A DNA stretch of 64,000 bases from Mobula hypostoma. Taxonomy: Eukaryota. Where the stretch lies: NCBI RefSeq assembly GCF_963921235.1, contig NC_086107.1, forward strand, positions 96,288,001 to 96,352,000, written 5' to 3'. The position numbers and the translations under genes are program-made. The notes beneath the pieces were generated by a model. The model was not told the origin of the DNA, made no database searches, and saw nothing but the letters and a program-made list of their open reading frames with translations. Positions 33,531 to 46,081 of the stretch are shown in pieces; the first letter of the stretch is position 1; each line of letters opens with the position of its first letter.

Positions 33531-36500
33531 CATTGAGCGTCATCAAGTATAATTTCTGTTCATACCAGATCGGAAGGCGGAGGAGAACAGTTCGCGCTGA
33601 CGCAGTGGTGGACCCTAATGCTGATTGGCCTCCAATCTAACACCCCATACCAGTGACGACAGCAGTGTGGAAGATGGCATCAGAGAGCAGTGCATTGGCT
33701 TGAAGCCCGGGGATCAATAACACTGTCAGGCTGACAGTGCGAGACCAGAACGGGGGCACCGGCTTCACCCGAGAGACCTTCATCCGGAAGGTCTTGATGG
33801 AGTGCTGCAGATTTACGCCCGACGACATCTGTTGCTTCCAGGATTTCGCGGGCTTCTTAGATGTCACCTTCCGGCAGGCTGCAGGGTGGCAGAAGCTGTA
33901 CCAGCAGCTTCAGCTGAAGGGGACAGAGGCACCGCTGTCGCTGCTGAAAGCACAGGCCCTCTTTGCGACAGCTACCCAGCAGGAACGGACAATCATGCTC
34001 CAGATGTTCAACCCGTACGTGCAAGTGGTGGACGTCCTTACAATCCTCGCTCGGTATGTGGAGAACGTAGGAACTCCAGCGGACGTGAAGGACAGACTGG
34101 GAATCTGGAAAGCAAGCGGCAGGTCAAGGTGAAGCTGAGGTTGGACTCCAGCGGCGGCGTCATCCACCCCCCCTCCGTCTTCGCCATCGGAGGGAACCGA
34201 GGGTACACGGTCTACGCGAGGCAACCCAGGGTGTGCCGAAACTGCGGCAAGGCGGGGCACATCGCAGCCCAGTGCAGGATGGTGATGTGCAAGAACTGTA
34301 AAACCGAGGGCCACCTGACCAAAGACTGCACGCAGGCCAAGTCCTGCAACCTTTGCGAACAGGCTGGCCACCTGTACAGAGCCTGCCCAGAGCGTGGAGG
34401 CACCTACGCACAGGCGACCAGGGGAGGTGCTGGCACCGAAACGGCCCAGGCAGGTTTGGACGTACCCGCCAGCGCTGCAGACGAGGCACCCGACAGGGCG
34501 GACGATGAGACCAGGGAGGAAGGTGCAAGCACCCCAAAGCTCGCCACCCCCGTGCAGACCTTCCAGGACCAGCCAAACGACGAGCAGGAGTCCATGGAGG
34601 AGGGGAGAGCCGAGGCGGAAACCGAATGGAAGGTCATGAAACGGAAAAAGACCCAAAAGGCGGCGGCCAAGCGACAGAAGGCGGAGCAACACAAGAAAAG
34701 GGCAGGGAACCACACAGCCTCTGGTACCCTGTCCTTTTCAGAGGAGGAAGGAGTTGGGGGAGGCCAGCAGCCCCAGCGGAAGAAGCGGCTGGCAGAACAG
34801 GTGGAGAGGAGGAGAGAGGAGGGGGAAAGTCTGCTGGCCACCCCCCAAGTACAGGAGGCGGAGAGCAGCAGACACACCGAGCTCCGGGAATCCGGGAGCA
34901 GAGCCACGGCTGGCACCCAGCAGCCGGAAGGCGAAGCAGCCCGGGAAGTCAACAACTCCCCTGGGCCCAGAACCAGAACTGCCACACCCGGGGGAGTACT
35001 ATCTGCAGTACCTGAGCCCACAGGAGGTGGAAAACTTCACAAAGGCGGTGGGCATGAAGGCTCAGGACTGCAAGGGTGAAGACGGACAGCAGCCGAAATA
35101 AAGGACTTACAAAGACGGCAGACCTTAAATTGGTGTGCTTGAACGTGCGCAGTTTGAAGAGTACTGGGCGATGCGTCAGCACGCTCCAGTACCTGGACAC
35201 TGTAAAGGCCGACGTGACCTTCCTCCAGGAGTGCGAACTACCATACCTCCGTAAATACCAGAGGTGGTCACGGTGGTGGAAAAAACGGTTTCTCTGTGTG
35301 GTCGGGAAGCAACGATTGTCGCGCTTCCGGCCTGGGGATTCTGCTGCGGGGAGGCAACTTCTCAATCACCCAAGTTAAAGAGGTGGTTGCGGGGCGCCTC
35401 CTGGTAGCAGACGTCAAATACCGGGGCACTCCGCTCCGGCTGATCAACGTGTGTGCCTCCCCCGTACGGAGCGAGCGGCTGGCCATCTTCGAGCAGCTCC
35501 CACAGCTGCTGGTGACGTCCCAGCCGGTCGTTCTGGCCGGAGACTTCAACTGCACCATTGATGCAGCTGGAGGATCCGGCAGCGCCGACGGCAGGCTGGA
35601 CAGTACCTCCAGACTCCTGAGGGAAATGGTGAAGACAGCCAAGCTGCGCGACGCCTTTGGCACCCCACAGGTGGAGCACAGCCACAAGCCACCTGGACAC
35701 GATCGGACGGCTCAGCCCGCTCCCGGATTGACTTCCTCTTCCTGTCAGAGCCCCTCACGGTCAGGTCCACCGACATCACGCCGGTGTTCTTCTCTGACCA
35801 CTGCCTTCTGAGAGCCACCTGTCTCTTACGGGAGGACCAGAAGGCAGGCAGGGGGACGTGGAAGCTGAATGTTAAGTTGCTGACCCTGGACGAGCTGACA
35901 GGCTCCATCCGTTCCTTTGGGTCGGGTAAGACTCAGGGAAGCGACAGCTTACCGGCTGAGTTGTACTCGGCTCTGTGGAACTGGATGGGCCCAGACCTGC
36001 TGGAAGTGTACAATGCTATGCTTCTGGCTGGCAGCATGTCAGAGTCCATGAGGAAGAACATCACCCTCATCTACAAGCAGAAGGGGGAAAGGGAGGACAT
36101 TAGAAATTGGAGACCCATCTCTCTCCTGAATGTGGACTACAAGATCCTGTCTAAGGCTATCGCCAACAGGGTCAAGTCTGCTCTGGGACAGGTGATCCAC
36201 CCGGACCAACCCTGTGCTGTACCGGGCAGGAAGATCTCAGACAGGTTCGCGCTGCTAAGGGACACCATCGCCTACGTGCAGGACAGGGGGGTGGACGCCT
36301 GCCTGGTCAGCTTGGACCAGGAGAAAGCCTTCGACAGGATATCGCACACGTACATGGCGGACTTGCTCTCCAAAGTGGGATTTGGGGAGGGAATCCGGAA
36401 TTGGATCAGACTGCTCTACACAGACATCCGTAGTGCAGTCCAGGTCAACGGTTGGGAAACAGACAGCTTCCCCATCAGGCCTGGAGTCAGGCAGGGCTGT

Positions 36501-37083
36501 CCACTTTCCCTTGTCTTGTTTGTCTGCTGCATAGAACCCTTTGCGGAAGCCATCAGGAGGGATGAGGGCATAAGAGGGGTGACGCTGCCAGGAAGTGGTG
36601 GAACCCAAGCAAAAACCTCCCTGTACATGGACGACGTCACCGTCTTCCGCTCTGATCCGAGGTCAGTTCGCAGGTTGATTAGCATCTGCAAACAGTTCAA
36701 GCTAGCATCGGGGGCCAGGGTCAACCGCACGAAGAGCGAAGCCATGCTCTTCGGCAAATGGCCCAACCGATCCCGTGTCCCCTTCGCCATCAGGTCTGAC
36801 CATGTGAATGTGTTGGGGATCTGGTTTGGAGGGGCTGCCGAGTGCAACAGGAACTGGCAGGAGCGGACTGCCAAGGTGAAACAGAAACTGGGACTGTGGG
36901 GAGGGCGCTCCCTGTCGATAACGGGCAAGAACCTGGTCATCAGGTGTGAGGTGCTCTCAGGGCTGCTGTACTTGGTGCAAGTGTGGCCCGTCCCCTGCTC
37001 CTACAGCTCGGAAATCACCCAAGCTGTTTTCAGATTCGTCTGGGGATCCAAGATGGAGCGGGTGAGATGGACCATCATGCACA

Positions 37084-37730
37084 GGAATTGGATCAAACTG
37101 CTCTACACAGACATCTGCAGCGCAGACAAGATCAACAGATGGGAAACAGATTGCTTCCCCATCAAGTCTGGAGTCAGGCAGGGCTGCCATCTCTCCTGTC
37201 TTGTTTGTATGCTGCATAGAACCCTTTGCTGAAGCCATCAGGAGGGATGAGGGCATAAGAGGGGTGACGCTGCCAGGCAGTGGAGGGGCCCAAGTGAAAA
37301 CCTCCCTGTACCTGGACAACGTCACCGTCTTCTGTTATGATCCAAGGTCAGTTCGTAGGCTGATTAGCATCCGTGAACAGTTTGAGCTGGCGTTAGGGGC
37401 CAGGGTCACCCGCACGAAGAGCAAAGCCTTGCTCTTCGGCAACTGGCCTGACCAATCCAGCATCCCCTTCACTATCAGGTCTGATCACATGAAGGTATTG
37501 TGGATCTAGTTAGTGGAGGCTGAGGCGTGCAATAACAATTGGCTGGAGCAGCCTGCCAAGGTAAAATAGAAATTGGGACTGTGGGGAGAGTGCTCCCTAT
37601 CGATAACGGGGAAGAACCTAGTCATCAGGTGTGAGGTGCTCTCAGGGCTGCTGTACTTGGCGCAAGTGTGGCCCGTCCCCCACTCCTGCAGCTTGGAAAT
37701 TACCCGAACCTTCCTCATATTCATCTGGGT
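37084..37730 (+). repeat. Diverged direct duplicate of the Tx1 RT segment 36397-37045
   Basis: Both start GGAATTGGATCA.ACTGCTCTACACAGACATC and run colinearly to TTC.TCTGGG. Confidence 0.88.
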
Positions 37731-37848
37731 AATCAAAGATGTTTAGCTTTGTTAATCAATTATTTGGTAATTTAATTCCTTATTGTACATATTGACATGT
37801 TGACTTGATTACTTTAATGTATTTTTTTTGTTGATCTTAATAATAATC

Positions 37849-40800
37849 GGACTTCCGGTAGAGCTCATGGAGTGAAGTCGTGTTCTTGACTCGCTTCATT
37901 ACCTCTGAGTTTTTTCCTATGATCTGCTACATTTAAGCTAACCATTAAGGCACCAGTTTTTATAATACCTTGCAACAAATTGTGTTTTTTGATATTTGGA
38001 TGTTTTTAAGGTCTGCTATGTCTAAGAACGGGAAAGATAGTAAACCTCCGGTTAGACCGAAAGTTACCGCTCCTTCTCCGACTGAACCACCGTTAACTTT
38101 GAAAGCTATATCGGATCTGATTCAAACGGAAATTTCAACTACTATAACGGATCTGATTCGTGTGGAAATTTCAACTAAACTGCAGAAAATTATTGATGTA
38201 ATCGATAAAATGGAAACATCTGTCACGGAACATCAGACTGCTATATCTAATCTTCAAAAATCCACACAACAAAATGAACTCAAGATGGGGAAAATTGAAG
38301 AAACAATTACTGTAATGAAGAAAAAACTTGACTTTCTGACTTTTAAAAACTCTTGACTTAGAATGCAGAATGCGACGACAGAATATTCGAATTATTGGTA
38401 TTTGTGAAGCTGCTGAATCTGATGACCCTATAAAGTTTTTTTCTCAACTTTTAAAAGATGCATTTCCAACCTTATTTCCTGACCAACCACCACTACTGGA
38501 TCGGGCTCACAGAGTCCCATTATATTCGTCTAAGTCAGATAAACCTCGGCATGTTATTTTACGATTTCATTATTTTCAAGACAAGGAGAAATTACTTCGA
38601 TTCGCTCGACCTAAAGGTTACATTGATTTCTCGGATTTTCGTCGGGATCAACGTGTCCGTTACAGATCTGTGATGTCGGAACTCTACAAGATGGATTTAA
38701 AACCAGTGTTGCTTTATCCCGCACGTTCAAAGATTCGTTCGCCTGATGGGTCTTCCCGTTTTTTCGACTCTCCATCGGATGCCCAGAGTTACCTGGATCA
38801 ATTTTCACCTTCAACATCTTAATCGCAATTATTAAATCATCTCTGTTTGATCGGAGGCAGTTAATCTGTTGGGTTTAATTTTTTTCGCTTTATGAGGGCA
38901 GAAAAGTTTTTTTCGGTTTAATTAACATGGTTGCCAAACTTTTTTTTGACTGCGTCATTCCTTTCTTTTTCCCTGGGGATTCTGGGTGTCTATTCCCTCT
39001 GCATCATTTTACGTATTTCCTTTGAGGCCTTAAACTTTGTGGCTTTCAAACGTACTTTTTGTAGTTTATCTCATTTTCTTGTTTAATGATAGGGTCTGTT
39101 GTTCGTTAACGGTTTTCTTTATATTTACTTGTTTTTTCTTTGTATTATATCGTGTTCGTCTTAATCGGTGTACTTTTTTTTATTCCTCTACTGTTTTATA
39201 ACTTTAGCTGATCCTTTTATATATACACTTTTTTTTAGTGAGCGTCTATCGGAAGTCATGGGGGTAGTTCTAGTGCTCGCTTCTTTCTGGCTGGTCTATT
39301 TTAGATTTAGCTTTGGGGTCACGGGGGGCAGTGGGAGGGGCTTCACTTTTTAGTTTTTTTCTTCTTGGGCTACTTACATTACCGAAGTATTGGTCGCGTG
39401 CTCCTTCCCGTTATCTCTTGTTTGTTTTGTTCCCTTTCCGGGTTCGTGGGTCGAACCTATTGTCAATCCTTTTTTTTGCGGGTTGACTTTAGGGTTTATG
39501 GAGTCTACTATTAATTTTGTCTCTTGGAATACTAACGGCCTTAATCATCCAATTAAAAGGAAAGAAGTTTTTAAAGTATTCCAGAGACTTAAAGCACATG
39601 TCTTATTCTTACAAGAGACCCATGTGCAGAGGGGGGACAGACTATGTTTTTTTTAATTTTGGAAGGGTCAACACTTCCATTTGAATTCTAACGCTAAGAT
39701 TCGAGGATTCTCTATTTTTATAGATCCCTCAATCACTTTTGTACAACACGATATTATTTCTGATCCAAATGGTAGATTTCTATTGGTTAGTGGTCTACTT
39801 ATTAATAAAAAGGTAGTTTTGGTTAACATCTATGGTCCTAACATGGACTGTCCGGAATTTTATAAATCATTATTTAATCTGTTCCCGAATTTGAATGAGT
39901 TTTCACTAATCTGTGGCGGGGATCTTAATACTTGTTTATCCCCAGCTTTGGACCATTCGGCTCCTTTACGGACCTTACCCAATAAATCTGCAACCTTGAT
40001 TAATTCATTCCTTTCAGATTCCAGGTCGACGGACATTTGACGTTTTTTGCATCCTCAGGAAAAAGATTTTTCTTTTTTTTCACATGTTCACCATTCCTAT
40101 TCAAGAATTGGTTATTTTTTTTTATTGACTCTCATTTTATTTCTTCAGTGGTTAAATGTGAATATGACTCTATAACCATTTCGGATCATGCTCCACTTAA
40201 GCTTTCTATTAAAATTCAGGCCAATACACAAAATAATAGACAATGGCGTTTTAATTCGCTGTTGCTTCAGGACTCAGATTTTGTTAACTTTATGAATGAA
40301 CAGATTGATCTCTTTTTTACAATCAACTATACAGAAGATATTTCTATGAACATCCTTTGGGATACTTTTAAAGCTTATATTCATGGTCAGATCATCTCGT
40401 ACTCTGCTGCTTTGAGGAAGAGGTTGAAGCAGGAGGAGCTGGTTATTGTGGACAAGATTAAGGAAATTGATAAGAAATATGCTACAGCTCCCTCTGAGAA
40501 GTTGTATAAACAAAGAACTAAACTTCAAATGGAACACAGTTTATTACTTTCGTCCTCGATTACAAATCAATTAATGAAAACAAGAAGCGAATTTTATGTA
40601 CATAGTGACAAAGTTGGTAAACTGTTGGCTAATCAGTTGAAGACTAATTATACTAAATTTCAAATTAATCAGATTTATAATCAAAAAGATCAACTGATAT
40701 TTGATCAAGCTGAGATTAATCAACTCTTTTTTGATTTTTATTCCTCCTTATATCAATCAGAGTCTCCACAAGACTCTAAATATATGTATGACTTTTTAGA

Positions 40801-43644
40801 TAACCTAGATTTCCCTAAGATTTCACAGGATATATCTTCTATGCTAGACACTTCCTTTACCACTGATGAGATTAAGAATGTTATTTTCTCTATGAACCCG
40901 GGGAAAGCTCCTGGCCCTGATGGGTTTACCGTGGAATTTTATAAATTTTTTGCATCCTCATTAATCCCTTAGTTATTTAGGGTTCTGGAGGCCTCATTAA
41001 AAGTTGGTAAACTTCCCGAATCCTTCTATAGAGCATTGATCTCTTTAATATTAAAGAAGGATAAAGATCCTGCTCAATGTGCATCTTATAGACCAATATC
41101 CTAATTAAATGTTGACTCTAAAATTTTTTCTAAATTATTAGCAAACAGATTAGAAAAAGCACTTCCTTATATTATTTCGGAAGACCAAACGGGTTTTATT
41201 AAAGGTCGTTACTCTTTTTATAACATTCACACACTGTTAAACATTGTTTATACTCCCTCACAAAACGATCCTGCGTGCATCATTTCCTTAAATGCTGAAA
41301 AAGCTTTTGACAGAGTCCAATGGCCTTATTTATTTAAGGTGCTTGAAATGTTTAATTTCAGCTCGAAATTTATATCCTGGATCAAATTGTTATATCATTC
41401 TCCTATGACCTCAGTTCGTACTAACTCTTTAAGCTCACCTTTTTTCCTTCTTTCTCGAGGTACTAGACAAGGTTGTCCTCTTAGTCCTTTATTATTTGAT
41501 ATTGCATTAGAACCTCTTGCAATTGCTATTCGAGAATCTCCAAATATTATTGGGATAACTCGGGGCCTAAAATCCCATAAAGTAACACTCTATGCTGATG
41601 ACTTACTTTTATATATTTCTAATCCTCAAAAATCTATCCCTGCTGCTTTAGATTTATTAGCATAATTTAGTCTTTTTTCCGGTTACAAGTTAAATCTCAG
41701 TAAGAGTGAACTTTTCCCGATTAATAAGCAACTTCCCTTGTATCAGAACCTTCAGTTTAAATTGATTAATAATCATTTTTCATATCTTGGGATTAAAATT
41801 ACCTGTAAACATAAAGATTTATTTAAGACTAATTTCCTACCCTTAATTGATCATATTACTCAACTTTCATTTAAATGGTCTCCATTATATTTAACTTTGG
41901 TCGTATTAATGCGGTTAAGATGTTTATTCTGCCAAAATTTTTATATGTATTTCAGGCACTACCGACTTTTGTTCCAAAATCCTTTTTTGACAAAGTTGAT
42001 TCTAAAATTTCTTCATTTATTTGGCAACATAAATACCCGAGACCGAGTAAAATACATCTACAGAAAGCTAAGAGAGATGGAGGTTTGCCATTACCTAACT
42101 TTAGATTCTATTATTGGGCAATTAATATTCCACACATGAAATTTTGGGTACTTGATCAAGATACACTATCCATTCCTAAATGGGTAGTATTGGAATTACA
42201 ATCTGCTCAAGGTTATGCACTTGGCTCCATTTTAGGTTCTTCTCTTCCTTTTGATTTGAAACGCCACAAACAGGTTTGTAACCCGATAGTTAAATATACC
42301 TTACATATTTGGTTTCAAAAATTTTTCGATCTTAATCAATTTGGGCTTGTGATTCCTATTTTAGGCAACATATTCTTTCTCCTCTCTTCCACGGACCGTG
42401 CTTTTCAAATTTGGAAGACTAATGGTATTTCACGGTTTTTGGATTTATTTTTAGATGGTTCCCTTATGTCTTTTGAACAATTATCTAACAAATATAACTT
42501 ACCAAGAATACACTTTTTTCAGATATCTCCAAGTTAGAAATTTCCTAAGTACTATACTGTCTTCCTTTCCAACGATACCTCCTACATATATTTTAGATAC
42601 TATAATTAACCTTAATCCATGTCAGAAAGGTGTAACGGCTATTATTTATAATACTATTATGAAACTTAGGAAATCTCCATTCGATAAGATTCAGTCAGAT
42701 TGGGAAAAGGAATTGGGTTTTATTATTTTGGCAGATGACTGGGCGCATATTTCACAACTAGTCAATACTTCCTCTATCTGTTCTAAACACTCCCTAATTC
42801 AATTTAAAGTTGTCCATAGAGTATGTATGTCCAAAGATAAATTAGCTCGTTTTTATTCTCATATTAATCCTCTTTGTGACAGATGTCATGGGGAGATAGC
42901 CTCCTTAACTCATACGTTTTGGTCCTGTCCTACTCTGGAAACTTTTTGGAGAGACATTTTTAATATTATTTCAAAGGTATTGAATATAGATATCTTTCCC
43001 CATCCTATTACTACTATCTTTGGATTACCTAAAATTTCCAGTAATCTTTCTCCTTCAGCCCGTAGAATGATTGCATTTCTTACTTTAATGGCGAAAAGAT
43101 GTATTTTACAACATTGGAAGGAGATTAATGTTCCAACTACGTTCTTTTGGTTTTCCCAGACGATACTATGTTTAAATTCAGAGAAAATTAGAAGTAATCT
43201 TTATGATTCTTCAGCTAAATTTGAACAGACCTGGAGATCTTTTATTCAACATTTTCATTTAATGTAATTTTTTTTCTCTCTCGGTCCATATTTACATTCC
43301 CTTCTTGCTTTTTAACTGTTTTTAATGGAGGTCGGGTTTGAGGACATGATTGTTTTAAGTTGTTTAACTCTACTTGATTCCTAGTTAGCCCATTGCATTG
43401 CTTTGCTTTTTAGATTAGTTGCACAGTGGGGTTTCTTTGGGGTTTTTTTTTCCTTTCCTTATTGATATGTATGAAAATTAGTATACTATTATATTACCTT
43501 GTTATTTTATATTTAAACTGCACTGTTTCTACTAATTTTTTTTTGTGTATTAATATTTCTTGTAAAGTTATAGTGCAACAGTGTATTAGTGCCTATAGGG
43601 TTTACCTTTTGCATACTAATTCAATAAAAAGATTTAAAAAGGAA
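37849..43644 (+). mobile_element. Full-length L1 with several stops and frameshifts
   Basis: GGACTTCCGG 5' end; ORF1 38018-38822; ORF2 39498-43267 (SWNTNG, SDHAPL, GTRQGCPLSP, LYADD, CDRC...H...C); AATAAA plus A-rich tail; 16 bp TSD GATCTTAATAATAATC at 37833-37848 and 43645-43660. Confidence 0.95.
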
Positions 43645-46081
43645 GATCTTAATAATAATCAATAAAAAAGATTTAAAATCAAAATCAAATATGGAGCGGG
43701 TCAGACGGGCCACCACGCACAAGTCCCTGGACAACGAGGGCAAGAATGTCCCGAGTCGCCCTCATCCTGATGAACAGCTTCGTGTGTGGCTACATCAGGT
43801 TGTGTGTGGAACCCAGGTATGTGGGCACCAAATACCACTATGTGCCCAGGTTCTACCTGTTGCCCAGGTTACGAAGGATGGGTCTGGCCCCACTCCCGCG
43901 CAACACCCCAGCCAGCTGGTCGTTGCCAGCATACCTGTCCTTCATAGAAAAGTTCTTCCAGGACAAGGTCTTTGACCACAGGGCCATCAGGCAGTGGTCG
44001 GCACGGAACGAGCTGCAGACACTACAGGAGAAGGACATGTTGGACACAGTGGGGTGGTTCCCCGAGCAGATTGTCCAGCTCATCTGGCAAAATGCCTCAT
44101 TGCCAGACCTCACCAACAGGCACCAAGACCTCGCCTGGCTGGTAGCAAGAGGGGCCCTCCCAGACAGATCCCTCCTGTAGGCCCGGAACATCGTCTCCGC
44201 ATCCCACTTCCCACGGGAGGACTGCAAGTGAGGAGAAGTCTGTGACCCACCTCTTTGTACACTGTGGGTTCGCGGAGAAGTTGCGGAGGAGGATGAAAGG
44301 GCTAGTGTCACGCTTCATCCCCAGCAGCTGCGTAACAGAGGACTCTCTGATCTACAGGCTCTTTCTGGGGACACAAAGACAGAGACAAATATCGGTTGTT
44401 GCTGGCAGATCATCAATTTGGTAAAAGGCGCTCATTGGTCAGCCCGAAACTTGATGGTTTGCCAGCACACAGAGATGTCCGTGGCAGGATGCTGCTGACT
44501 GGCACATTCTCGGCTGCAGGATTACGTGCTAAGGGACGCACTGAAACTTGGTGCAGCCACCGCAAGGGCCCGATGGGGAAGTAACACGGTTTAGGGTACT
44601 TCTCCCGTGGGAGTGGGAGGGATTGTGTGGTGGGGAGCATACCCCTTAACTATGCTTGTATTGTACAATATGAACCATCAGGCTGCCAACGTAAGTGGCT
44701 GAAATATTCAAACTGTCTGGAAAGTACTGGCCATGTCTACAAAGAATGTAGAATTGTTGAAGGATTTATTCTCGTCAATAATTTTGCGGCAAAGGAAGTT
44801 TATCTTTTGCACACAAGAAAATCTCATTGTGATCAGAAGACTGAGGGGAGGATAATTTGCTGATACAGGGGCGGAACCTCATGCTGACTGGTTCCCAATC
44901 AAAAACCCCTTTCCAGCGACTACAGAGGTGAAGAAGATGGCTGTAGATACTAGAGTGTTGTGGAAAAATCTCAGGAGTAGCAGACAGAATAGATCAAACC
45001 CATTCAGAGAATTGTTTCAGACTAAAGGTCTTTACTTATACATGATATCATGGAGAGCCTCCTTTCACCTAAGAGCGGTGCTTAGAAGCTCTGCTTTATC
45101 TTGCAGACCTGCTTCATTATATAGGCACAGCAAACGTGACTAAAAGCACTTAATAATAGCATTGCTTGACTGTAAACCTAGCACTAAATTTCGACAAAGA
45201 GTATGACCTTGAACTTAATACTAGATTTTCGACAAACAGGAGCATGACATAAGTATGGCGCCACTATGTTTTTATTTAGACTTTAGGAAGGATGTTTAAG
45301 ATTAAGATTTGCAAAGACCTTTAGCTAAATTCTAAGAGCATTCACAAGTGATTAGATTAACCCCTACATATCCAAAGAGTCTTAAATTCTTCCACAATTC
45401 CCTCCTTGTTGATCCTTTCAGGTCAACACTCCTCATGAGGTATTTGCTCCTCTTCCTCATGGGGGGGTTCATATCCCTCCAGAAAGGGTCTTTCTTTGCC
45501 AAGATGTACCTCCTCCCCCCACCAGTTTCACTTACTGCGCATTTCTTGCGCTCCTGATCTGGGAATTCGGCACCCTGTCGGACTGACAGTTAAGCAGCAG
45601 AGTGACAGCTCGAGCTTCAACAAGGAGACCTTCATCCGCAAGGTGTTGATCGACCGCTGCGGATTCGAGGTCGAGGATATCTACTGCATCCAGGAGTTCA
45701 GCGGGTTCTTCGACGTCACCCTCCGGCACACTTTGGGATGGCAGGAGCTCCTGCAGAACTTTCGGGAGAAGGGGAGTGAGGCACCACTCTGGTGGCTGAA
45801 GGCACAGCCCCTGTTCACTGCCCCCATCCAGAAGGAACGGATTGCAACAGTGCACATGTTCAATCCGTACATGCCTATGGTGGACGTCCTCACCCATTAC
45901 GTAGAGGACAGGAAACTGTGTGGATGTGAAGGGGACGTTGGGGATCTGGACAAGCAGCAGTAGGTCAAAGTAGAGTCCAACAACTCCATTATCTCCCTCA
46001 GTCTTCGCCATCAGAGGGAACCGTGGCTACATGATTTCGCTGGGCAACCCAGGGTATGCCACAAATGCAACAAGGCAGGAC

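Larger units (their letters stand above)
33568..44800 (+). mobile_element. Near full-length Tx1-clade LINE (CCHC ORF1; EN-RT ORF2), interrupted by L1s at 37742-43682
   Basis: ORF1 from ~33674 with three CCHC knuckles; ORF2 LNVRS, FLQE, LAGDFN, FSDH, WRPISLLNVDYKI, LDQEKAFD, GVRQGCPLS, LYMDD; resumes with MERVRR at 43691. Confidence 0.9.

Noticed and set aside
33910..35021. Long minus-strand ORFs (267 and 205 aa)
   Set aside because: They are shadow frames of the GC-rich Tx1 ORF1 with no recognisable motifs
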